IMG/VR virus record: IMGVR_UViG_3300005573_000057
Span: 76,450 to 140,449 of that record
Direction: 5' to 3' (one strand)
Origin: a virus
Length of the DNA: 64,000 nt
Shown: positions 58,001 to 64,000 of the stretch, piece after piece
How the letters are laid out: every line of letters starts with the position of its first letter
How positions within the stretch are numbered: position 1 is the first letter of the stretch
Position numbers and translations under genes: made by a program
Notes under the pieces: generated by a model
What the model was told of the DNA's origin: nothing
The model's input: only the letters and a program-made list of their open reading frames with translations
Databases searched by the model: none

Positions 58001-58027
58001 ACTTTGCGCCTTGTCTTTACGAGTTGA
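52022..58027 (+). CDS. Large virion structural protein (DUF4815/VrlC-like)
   Basis: NL..APYYDDF, VLFKP..VQ.REL..Q, APGADR, RT.DE.GNY.V, RI.NLEYYTSL.LLE, DPLSQSF, SPVID. Confidence 0.85.
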   Translation: MNLNIAPYYDDFSESDQYQQVLFKPSVGVQTRELNNVQSILQNQIARFGQNVFQEGSMVIPGNVTYNGSYNYVKLQNSYNGSSASSNIVQLVGYEVEGQTSGVTALVVNYFNPSNGTPTLYVQYTSTGTNTTQKTFLDNEVIAPTNPLLAAYSVQALASGSTGTGSAFSVAQGIYFVRGYFSLVLPQTILLDPYDSTPTCSVGFLVNESIVTAQSNSVLLDNAQGYPNYSAPGADRYKLTLTLSSYASGATVPTNFVQITSFVNGVQQGPVNQTTYSIIADTLASRTFDEAGNYTVNPFSIKLKSNRNNSRGAWVAATVYLAGDVVTSNGNYYTALIQGTSSTNAPTVLNGIQTDGSVVWMYTIAPYFNQGINLPSNTDTLSTAQTADSYAVAAIGPGKAYVNGYELQKVATTNVELLKPRTTAQNDAAVVNTEFDNYILITNVHGLPDFTTLPVCTLYDQLNTTPGAVNGNPLGTCRLMNVSYVSGTPGTTTAIYRASLGDIQLSSTATNFNRQVKQIAYKLGSTYFTASVSNVLIPIQGSVTASASTTLTGTGTLFLTQVQVGDWLWMDANNYAMVTAIASNTSLTLSTAVSVTGEVPNLITTNLVNSQNNHLLWALGNPNVASARNEFGQITTSYTVIQSFSATANSSGVIVISVTNSATDTFAPTTNAANYIVYDTTSNSIVNPASLSLNAGSTQLTVTTTSALSNHVFMIEAAVNRVGNGTEKTKTLTGGTLTLTTAAATSGTVIPLGEADGYSLMRVMQDTGSFAAPTGTYGIDITANYNFDSGQRFSHYAPASIIRNTGAPAPTAPIQISFLYFSHSATGDYFTVNSYLGTVDYKYIPSFSGIFLGDVIDFRSRVDTSGSAPSVKNGFPAVGYDTSISYRNYLPRNDIIALDSTGTFSDIMGVPATNPQYPVAPTSSMSVYKIQLSPYVPFVNSESISYTEVDNQVYTMADIAQLDQRITNLEYYTSLNLLEQNTLNLPLTDSNGLPLYKNGIATDNFDGKSTLGDVTNPDFMCSMDTTNDVLRPFYTMQSLPLVEQATSTAQRSADGYQLTGNILSLPYTQTVYASQPYGTNFLNVNPFAVYSFIGNLSLTPPSDNWFSTTYLPDQVTQVVDNYTNMNLALQASGVLGTQWNAWQTTWSGVTSTNSTADGYYIVGGNGNANSLTFTQAGNTPYAGGIASHYQINTSNVAGAPAVVSLNGAAASQIYNQYYANGQNGGWLHGTFQVNTINSTTATNQTRTGIQTTLVPQTTDSINSTSTVSQTAIPYMRQRNLQFHCSGLKPTSEYYAYFDSTNLSSYVSPASMIVFTAISGQSSTFDHTTNVGSASNTSARSIAGDSVTVLSVGDVLTGQTSGATAIVVGQEFNIALGRNELYVVNVVGTFAVNETINGSVSGASAILNSYTPNSTILTTSNGNAYGLLEIPNNSSVSFRCGTVNVVLSDNPTSALTSNATSFAVAQFVADGTLNTMQNNLTATTNGQIVQSQVTQNQTIYGNTSYTQANFLGYYDPLSQSFSVTQASGIFATGVDLFFESADASVPVTVQLVTMSNGYPSTTIVPYSTVTLPANQINISTNGSVATRFTFPAPVYLNGNTEYAIRIMSNSNAYNLFVGTLGSEDLVTGNFVSQTPYAGVLFESKNSSTWQPNMTSTLKFNLYAAQFSTAAATFNLQSVNAPAVPLPVNPFSVTNGSNQVTVSFISHGLSNGSTVTLSGATSGNGLPALNGNYVVENCTLDTFTITAGSNATQSGLMGGSTVVGTGNVQYDVLMTDIQDLNFSGTTTSYAVKTTSGKSINGTETPYLVDGNFTPITNNANTYFANTKLVANAQNSTINMGGNPSLVVQATLQSNSAWVSPVIDISRCSATLIQNKINSPATNNETVAYGSSSYAKYVTKPLSFANPASNIHIMFGYNLYPQSNILVYYKTALSSSGTNITQETYTLANPDSPLSVNSGNNFMDASYTIMNLPVFDTAVIKIVLQSTNEAQVPQVETLRLVFTS

Positions 58028-58036
58028 GAGGCAACC

Positions 58037-58288
58037 ATGCAAACCCTTATTGAAGTCGAACATCAACCCAACCTGTTCCGTGATAAAGAAACAAATATGA
58101 TTTTGAACTCGGATTCAAGCAGTTATAACCAACGCCTGAAAATCAAGGCTGCGGCAAAGGCTCAAGCTGATGAAGTCGAAAACATCCATAAGGATATTAG
58201 TGAAATTCGAACTATCCTTAACTCTATTGTAACAATCATTCAAGCGCAAAATCATGGCAAAAGTAACACGAATCAAGCAAGTGCCTGA
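58037..58288 (+). CDS. Small coiled-coil hypothetical protein
   Basis: VE...L.RD..T..I.N pattern; GAGG RBS. Confidence 0.65.
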   Translation: MQTLIEVEHQPNLFRDKETNMILNSDSSSYNQRLKIKAAAKAQADEVENIHKDISEIRTILNSIVTIIQAQNHGKSNTNQASA

Positions 58289-58826
58289 CACCACGGAAGT
58301 TCAGACTACACCCGAACCCGAACGCCTTGTTGCTCCGCTGAGTCCTGCTGCTCAAGGCAAGCCGGAAATCATGGCATTTCTGGATATGATTGCTTTGTCC
58401 GAAGGAACTCCACAAAGCCCTTTGACGATCAACAATGGATATGATGTGATTGTAACAGGTGTGAACGGGCCTCAAGTTTTCACGGATTATAGCAAACATC
58501 CAGGAATTTTGGTTCTTGTTCGGAACAATCCACCACTCTATTCAACTGCTGCTGGACGTTATCAACTTTTGTATCGTTATTGGGTTGCATATTGCCAGAT
58601 TCTCTCGATTCATGACTTTACCCCGGTTTCCCAAGATTTTATTGCTGTTCGCCAAATGTCAGAACGTGGTGCTCTTGATCTTATTGATGCAGGAAACATC
58701 GAAGGAGCAATTAGTGCATGTTCGAACATATGGGCTAGTTTGCCGGGGAATTCCTATGGTCAACACGAAAACACGATGAATAGTTTGATTCAAAGCTACC
58801 AGACAAGCTTGTCTAAATACACGTAA
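58254..58826 (+). CDS. Endolysin, lambda R-type lysozyme/transglycosylase
   Basis: AFLDMIA.SEGT, GYDVIV, FTDYS.HP, STAAGRYQ, WASLPG..YGQ. Confidence 0.92.
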   Translation: MAKVTRIKQVPDTTEVQTTPEPERLVAPLSPAAQGKPEIMAFLDMIALSEGTPQSPLTINNGYDVIVTGVNGPQVFTDYSKHPGILVLVRNNPPLYSTAAGRYQLLYRYWVAYCQILSIHDFTPVSQDFIAVRQMSERGALDLIDAGNIEGAISACSNIWASLPGNSYGQHENTMNSLIQSYQTSLSKYT

Positions 58827-60107
58827 ACTCTTTCTTTTAGGTGAGAAATGTAAGTGTGATATTGACTTTCCAAAAAATATGGTACACTAACTACTACAGA
58901 TATGTTAATAGCCACCAAAATTCGCATCTACCCTAACGCTAAACAAGAGGAATCTCTTGCTAAGGCGTTCGGTTGTGTTCGTTGGTTGTGGAATAACAGT
59001 CTTGTAGAAACGCAAAAGACATATCAAGAAACTGGAAAGGGGCTTGGTCAATTTGATTTGAATAACCGGATTCCAAAACTCAAGAAAGAATACGAATGGC
59101 TTGCCGAAACGCATAGCGGTGTGTTGCAATCCGTGAGTTTGAATTTATCTCGTGCTTTTGTGAACTTTTTCAAGAAACGTGCCAAATACCCGAATTTCAA
59201 ATCGAAAGACGGTAAGCAGTCAATTCAGTTTCCTCAAGGCGTCAAGATTGTTGAAGGTCGTAAATTGTATCTTCCCAAAATTGGTCATGTCAAAGCGGTT
59301 GTGCATCGTGAAATTGTGGGAACCATCAAAACCGTCACTGTGAGTAGGAACCAGTCGGGTCAATATTTCGCTTCTATTCTGACCGAAAATGGTGTTGACG
59401 TACCAGGAATTTCATTTGACGGTAACGTTGTTGGTATAGATGTTGGTCTAACTCATCTTGCCGTCACGAGTGATGGATCAAAGTTCGACAATCCTAAACA
59501 TACAGCCAAGGCTCAAAAGAACCTAAAACGAAAGCAGAAGAAACTTTCCCGTAAGGTGAAAGGGAGCAAGACCAGAAACAAAGCCAGAATCCTTGTGGCA
59601 AAAGCTCACAATCGGATAGCCAATGCGCGTAAGGACTGGCTACATAAACTTTCTCGGCGGTTGGTTGACGAAAACCAAGTCATTGCCGTTGAGGATTTGA
59701 ACGTCAAGGGAATGATGAAGAATCATTGCTTGGCGAAGGCCATTGGAGACGTTGGTTGGGGAATGTTCACTAGGTTTCTCGAATACAAGGCCATAAAACA
59801 AGGCAAAGGATTCGTGAAAGTAAACAGATTTTTCCCTTCTAGCAAAACTTGTTCGTGTTGTCTGTACGTTCAACCTTCAATGCCTTTGAATATTCGCTCT
59901 TGGCGATGTGACCAATGTGGCACCCTGCATGATAGGGACATCAATGCCGCAATAAACATCCGTAACGAGGCGCAACGTATGATAGCGGCGGGAATCGCCG
60001 TTACTGCCAGTCGAGGCACTGTTAGTCGAGGCAAAAGGCAAAAGCCTGCTGCACTTGCTCGTGCCATTGAAGCTGGAAGCTCTGCCCTTTAGGGCGGGGC
60101 AATTCAC
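58813..60107 (+). mobile_element. Type B TnpB-only element with degenerate left end, between endolysin and putative holin
   Basis: TTGT|CTAAATACACGTAAAC vs TTAT|CCGATTACACGTAAAA; right end ..GGGCGGGGCAATTCAC| followed by predicted guide GAAAAACGTATTTCTA. Confidence 0.82.
58902..60092 (+). CDS. tnpB: TnpB RNA-guided endonuclease (type B, copy 2)
   Basis: Close paralog of 19372-20562; GIDVG, VEDL and DRDINAA intact. Confidence 0.95.
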   Translation: MLIATKIRIYPNAKQEESLAKAFGCVRWLWNNSLVETQKTYQETGKGLGQFDLNNRIPKLKKEYEWLAETHSGVLQSVSLNLSRAFVNFFKKRAKYPNFKSKDGKQSIQFPQGVKIVEGRKLYLPKIGHVKAVVHREIVGTIKTVTVSRNQSGQYFASILTENGVDVPGISFDGNVVGIDVGLTHLAVTSDGSKFDNPKHTAKAQKNLKRKQKKLSRKVKGSKTRNKARILVAKAHNRIANARKDWLHKLSRRLVDENQVIAVEDLNVKGMMKNHCLAKAIGDVGWGMFTRFLEYKAIKQGKGFVKVNRFFPSSKTCSCCLYVQPSMPLNIRSWRCDQCGTLHDRDINAAINIRNEAQRMIAAGIAVTASRGTVSRGKRQKPAALARAIEAGSSAL

Positions 60108-60144
60108 GAAAAACGTATTTCTACTCATTTTCAAAGGTATTGAT

Positions 60145-60378
60145 ATGTCAACCCTTGCTCGTTATATTACAGCGGCCATTGCTTATGGAGTTTGGCTTTG
60201 GCTTGTTATTGCTTATCATGCTGACATGAAAGAGTACATCACTTGGCTTCAATATGCAATCGCTGCTCTGGCTGCTGGGCATTTTGTGAGTCCTGCAATC
60301 GGATCTGCCTTGGCAAGCAGGATGAATGCTGCTGCAAAACTAGAAACTTCTGCCACAACGCCTAAAGAAAAAGAATAA
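60145..60378 (+). CDS. Putative holin (two TM segments, charged tail)
   Basis: Hydrophobic profile; adjacent to endolysin once the IS is removed. Confidence 0.5.
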   Translation: MSTLARYITAAIAYGVWLWLVIAYHADMKEYITWLQYAIAALAAGHFVSPAIGSALASRMNAAAKLETSATTPKEKE

Positions 60379-60381
60379 TTT

Positions 60382-63069
60382 ATGGCTACCCTCGTTCTAC
60401 GATCCACAAATGGTAGTCCACTGACGAACGATCAAGTGGACGCCAACTTTACAAATCTGAATAATGACATTCAGACGCGGGCAACCTTTAACTTTGCTCC
60501 AGGCTCGATGGCGAATTTGTTGCCAAACAGTTCAGCAGAACTTGGGAATCAGTATTGGACTGGAACTGCTATTCCGGCAATAGGAAAAGGTGGAGAAGGT
60601 ACATATTGGGGAATGCCAAACGCAACAACAGCAACAAATTTTACACAATATTCCAACAATATTGGATTGGTTGCTGGAGTCGGTGTTTATCTTCAAGCCG
60701 AAATTTTTACTGGCGGCTTGAGTGCTGGAAGCGTGTTTCTTCAACTCGCTTACTATTCTTCTACCGGAACTCTTTTGTCGGTTTCCAATCCTCTGACTGT
60801 TCCAAATGGCAGTGGATGGACATTTGTGAGTGGTTTCTTTACACTTCCAACATCGACTACTGCTGTTTCTGTTCAGTTTGGTTATACTGGTGGGGTAAAT
60901 ACTAATACTGCTATCCGTAGGATTAAGCTTTCCAATAGCTTATCATTCTATTCGAATGAAGCAACGCTGTATCAAATGCAGTTTGGTAGTTCCTCGACTC
61001 CATTCAATGTAGCTAACGCCACATCATCTAATCAAGCGGTGAATTGGGGGCAAGCGGGAACGCAACTTTTATCCCCATCGGCTACTAGTGTAATTAACCC
61101 AGCGGCGTTTAATACTTTTGTTTACCCTAATAATAGTGCTGCGATTACGCTAACTGTTAACCCCGGAATTACTGATGGACAGCGGGTGCGCGTGTATGGA
61201 GGGGCGTATGCTGTAACGGTTCAATCTAATGTATCAAGCGGTTCTCCTGCACTTTATTACCCAGACCAGACTTCCAGCTATTCATGGACTATCCCTGCTG
61301 GGAGTTCTGTGCAGTATATTGATATGGTTTGGGACTATGCAAATTGGCGTTGCACTACTTCTGGTCAAACAGTTGTTGCTAATGCTACGCAGAGCAATGC
61401 GGCGGTGAATCTTTCTCAGCTTGGTAACTACAACCAAGTGATTGCGGCTTTTGCAACCGGAACGTTGCCCTCGACGTGCTGGGGCGGCGTGGTGCAGGTT
61501 AATGCTGGTGCAACGGTCACGCTTCCCACAAACAACCCGCCCGCTGGAAGTAAAGTTGTGCTGTTTAGCAGCGGTGGTGGTAGCTTTACGCTTGTCAGTA
61601 ACAGCAATCAGTTTATCTATGCTTATCAACTCGGACTAGGATCTACTACAGGGCCTTCATCGCTTACGGTTCAGGATAGCGGCTGGATTGAGATTACATC
61701 GCGGGGTTCTGGTGAATATGACGTAACAGGCGGTTCGCCATTGATTTTTCAGAATATCGCACCAGCTTTTACGAATCCTCTAGTAGTCCCAAACGCAACG
61801 GCAAGTAATCAAGCTGTAAATTTGGGGCAAGCAAATGGTCTGTATGCGCCAGTAGCAGGCAACTCGGGGCAGACGTTTGCGGTTGCCAGTGCATCTAGTA
61901 ATAGCCAAGCGGTGAATTTGGGGCAGCTTGAAAACGCCTCGATAAACGCGAATTTTAGCGGGTTAACGGTAACGCAAAACGTTACTTCTTTACCCGCTAA
62001 CTACGACGCTAATCAAATTAATTTGTTAGTTGCCACAAACGCGACAGCAGGCGTGTCGTTTAGTTCTAGTGATCCACGAATTTTAACCGCTGGCATTGGC
62101 CCGAACGGGCCGTTTATTCGTTCAAACATTAATTATCCGCTAGATTTAACTAATAGCAATGGCGTTTTAGTCCCCAACGCAACAGCAAGCAACCAAGCCG
62201 TCAACCTCGGGCAAGCAAACAGCCTCTACGCGCCCGTAGCGGGCAACGCTTCGCAAACTTTCGCAGTAGCGAACGCAACAGCAAGTAATCAAGCTGTCAA
62301 TTGGGCGCAGGCCGGAACGCAAGTTTTGACTCCTGCAACGAGCAGCACAATTACGCCAGTTGCGTTTAACACTCTGGTTTACATAAACTTTTCAGCTGCG
62401 GGAACAATTACTGTCAACCCGGGGTCGTTCGGCGGCCAACGGGTTCGTGTTTATGGTTGTGGTTATACAGTTACAACACAAACCAACGTAACAAGCGGCT
62501 CTCCTTTCCTTGCTTTCCCAGACGGGAGCACGAGTTATACATGGGTCGTTAACGGCTATAACCAGGCTATCGAAATGGTTTGGGATGGCGTTAACTGGCG
62601 TGTCACAACTACGGGCCAGATCGTTGCTGCACCAGCAGGCGCGTCAAACCAAGCCGTCAACCTCGGCCAAGCAAATAGCCTTTATGCGCCCATCGCAGGC
62701 AACTCTGCGCAGACGTTTGCGGTTGCCAGTGCAACAAATGCAACGCAAGCCATACAACTTCAGCAGACTGTTGGTGGAGGGGCGCCAGCGTACAGCAACG
62801 TGACCAGTTCGCGTTCGCTCAGTTCGGCGTTTACGAATTCATTGGTGCGACCCTTGGTAGTTTCTGTTGGAGTAGCAGGTAATGTAAACCCCGGCTACCA
62901 AGTTACAATCGCGGTACTTATATCGGGGGTAATGGTATACCAACGTAATATATACAACGATGGTACGGCGGCGCGCGCTATGACGGATTCGGCGGCTTTT
63001 GTAGTGCCGCCGGGGGCAACCTACGAGGTGCAATCGGCTAATTCGTTACTTTTTTGGTTCGAATATTAA
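60382..63069 (+). CDS. Modular tail fibre protein
   Basis: LVLR..GSPLT..QVDANFTNLN N-terminus; repeated V(P/A)NAT.SNQAVN(L/W)GQ linkers. Confidence 0.85.
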   Translation: MATLVLRSTNGSPLTNDQVDANFTNLNNDIQTRATFNFAPGSMANLLPNSSAELGNQYWTGTAIPAIGKGGEGTYWGMPNATTATNFTQYSNNIGLVAGVGVYLQAEIFTGGLSAGSVFLQLAYYSSTGTLLSVSNPLTVPNGSGWTFVSGFFTLPTSTTAVSVQFGYTGGVNTNTAIRRIKLSNSLSFYSNEATLYQMQFGSSSTPFNVANATSSNQAVNWGQAGTQLLSPSATSVINPAAFNTFVYPNNSAAITLTVNPGITDGQRVRVYGGAYAVTVQSNVSSGSPALYYPDQTSSYSWTIPAGSSVQYIDMVWDYANWRCTTSGQTVVANATQSNAAVNLSQLGNYNQVIAAFATGTLPSTCWGGVVQVNAGATVTLPTNNPPAGSKVVLFSSGGGSFTLVSNSNQFIYAYQLGLGSTTGPSSLTVQDSGWIEITSRGSGEYDVTGGSPLIFQNIAPAFTNPLVVPNATASNQAVNLGQANGLYAPVAGNSGQTFAVASASSNSQAVNLGQLENASINANFSGLTVTQNVTSLPANYDANQINLLVATNATAGVSFSSSDPRILTAGIGPNGPFIRSNINYPLDLTNSNGVLVPNATASNQAVNLGQANSLYAPVAGNASQTFAVANATASNQAVNWAQAGTQVLTPATSSTITPVAFNTLVYINFSAAGTITVNPGSFGGQRVRVYGCGYTVTTQTNVTSGSPFLAFPDGSTSYTWVVNGYNQAIEMVWDGVNWRVTTTGQIVAAPAGASNQAVNLGQANSLYAPIAGNSAQTFAVASATNATQAIQLQQTVGGGAPAYSNVTSSRSLSSAFTNSLVRPLVVSVGVAGNVNPGYQVTIAVLISGVMVYQRNIYNDGTAARAMTDSAAFVVPPGATYEVQSANSLLFWFEY

Positions 63070-63072
63070 ACC

Positions 63073-63618
63073 ATGACAATCGTCAATCCTCTCGCGTACA
63101 CAATCCAGAACGGGCAGGCGGTTGATGCCGTCCCGGTCATGGCGAACCTCAACCAGATTGTCAGCAACGTCAATGCAAATGCTGCGCCTGTATCGGGCAA
63201 CGCTGCACAGACCTTCGCAGTGGCGAACGCAACGGCAACGAATCAAGCGGTCGCTCGGGGACAAGTCCTTTCTGTAAATCCTGTACAGGTCAACGGGTCA
63301 GGTGGCACTACAGCAAATACGACGTATCAAACATCAGGATCATTTACAGCACCGTGCGCGGGCGTTGTTGTTTTTACAGGGATGTTTAACAATAACTCAA
63401 CATCCGCAATGGGGGATGCAACGCTGAGTTTATATATTAATGGAACTCCTGTTGCGGTCGATGCTCCTGGCGGCGCTCCAAGTTGGAATCTGTTTGGTTT
63501 TATTAATATAGCGTCCGGCGCTGCGGTTACAGCGACGATGCAATACACTGTCGGCTCTACTGCGCTATCTTATGGTATCTATATGCGCGGCATCGCTTGG
63601 TTTATGCCACAACCCTAA
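63073..63618 (+). CDS. Short tail fibre-related protein
   Basis: Shares the APVSGNAAQTFAVANATATNQAV linker. Confidence 0.7.
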   Translation: MTIVNPLAYTIQNGQAVDAVPVMANLNQIVSNVNANAAPVSGNAAQTFAVANATATNQAVARGQVLSVNPVQVNGSGGTTANTTYQTSGSFTAPCAGVVVFTGMFNNNSTSAMGDATLSLYINGTPVAVDAPGGAPSWNLFGFINIASGAAVTATMQYTVGSTALSYGIYMRGIAWFMPQP

Positions 63619-63627
63619 AGGTGCTTC

Positions 63628-63993
63628 ATGAACTTCCTTGAGATTATCGGCATCTATCTTGCACTCATGTATGCCACTTGGTTCGCGTTTCTCGCAGTCA
63701 TGGCCCTCCTGTCATCTCGCAACAATGGCAAACTGACCAAGGCAAGCGAAGTGCTTGCGGCGCCCATCCTCATTGTCGGCTGGCTGCTCGATTTCAGCCT
63801 CAACATGGTGTCCACTATTCCGTTCCTCGACTTGCCGCAGGAGTGGTTGCTCACCATCCGGTGCGACAGGTATCTTTCTATTGCGAACCCTAGCGGGTTG
63901 AACAGGTATCGCCAGCGTGTTGCCCGTGCGCTGTGTCAAAATCTGCTTGACCCTTTCCAGTCGGGCGGCCATTGCAGAGGAATCGACCCATGA
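63628..63993 (+). CDS. Hypothetical membrane protein
   Basis: Hydrophobic N-terminus; E.L.T.R..RY..C..LLDPF...GHC phage motif. Confidence 0.6.
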   Translation: MNFLEIIGIYLALMYATWFAFLAVMALLSSRNNGKLTKASEVLAAPILIVGWLLDFSLNMVSTIPFLDLPQEWLLTIRCDRYLSIANPSGLNRYRQRVARALCQNLLDPFQSGGHCRGIDP

Positions 63994-64000
63994 GCAAGTC

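Noticed and set aside
10477-60092. TnpBs as nuclease-dead TldR regulators or Cas12f effectors
   Set aside because: All four keep the D-E-D RuvC residues and IS right ends, and there is no CRISPR array.
10410-60130. Self-targeting by the four TnpB guides within the window
   Set aside because: By eye I found only short matches (e.g. TTGAT-ATGGG in nrdB); a systematic search is still needed.
60382-63618. Diversity-generating retroelement or invertible shufflon in the tail fibre
   Set aside because: No reverse transcriptase, invertase, adenine-specific TR/VR pair or inverted crossover sites seen.
1-64000. Stop-codon recoding
   Set aside because: Core genes are full length in the standard code, TAA, TAG and TGA all end genes, and there is no suppressor tRNA.

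Overview
64 kb of a T4-like (Tevenvirinae-related) myophage genome. The host is not determinable from sequence, but several signals fit a proteobacterium. The left half (1-32.1 kb, minus strand) carries early/middle genes: gp43 polymerase, gp33, rnh, gp45, phoH, gp32, gp41, uvsX, DUF932, nrdA/nrdB, three hexapeptide-repeat paralogs, eight tRNA genes and a circularly permuted two-piece tmRNA. A ~1.27 kb non-coding strand-switch region with back-to-back promoters and phased 10-bp repeats (probable origin) follows. The right half (plus strand) carries a gp3-like gene, uvsY, uvsW, gp55, gp47, gp46, a glycosyltransferase, baseplate genes, a lysis pair and tail fibres. Main highlights: (1) IS200/IS605 RNA-guided nucleases are abundant with no TnpA in the window: one intact IscB with omegaRNA, four TnpBs with intact RuvC motifs, three orphan ends, and a second, promoter-driven, protein-less omegaRNA whose guide matches the ribosome-binding site just before an ATGA start codon; (2) six genes share a T4-type capsid-targeting N-terminus and include three ADP-ribosyltransferase-like proteins and two zeta-toxin-like P-loop kinases, which suggests a virion-delivered effector set; (3) the permuted tmRNA and a tRNA with an Ala-like body but a Thr anticodon. 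All assignments come from motif recognition by eye; no database searches were run.
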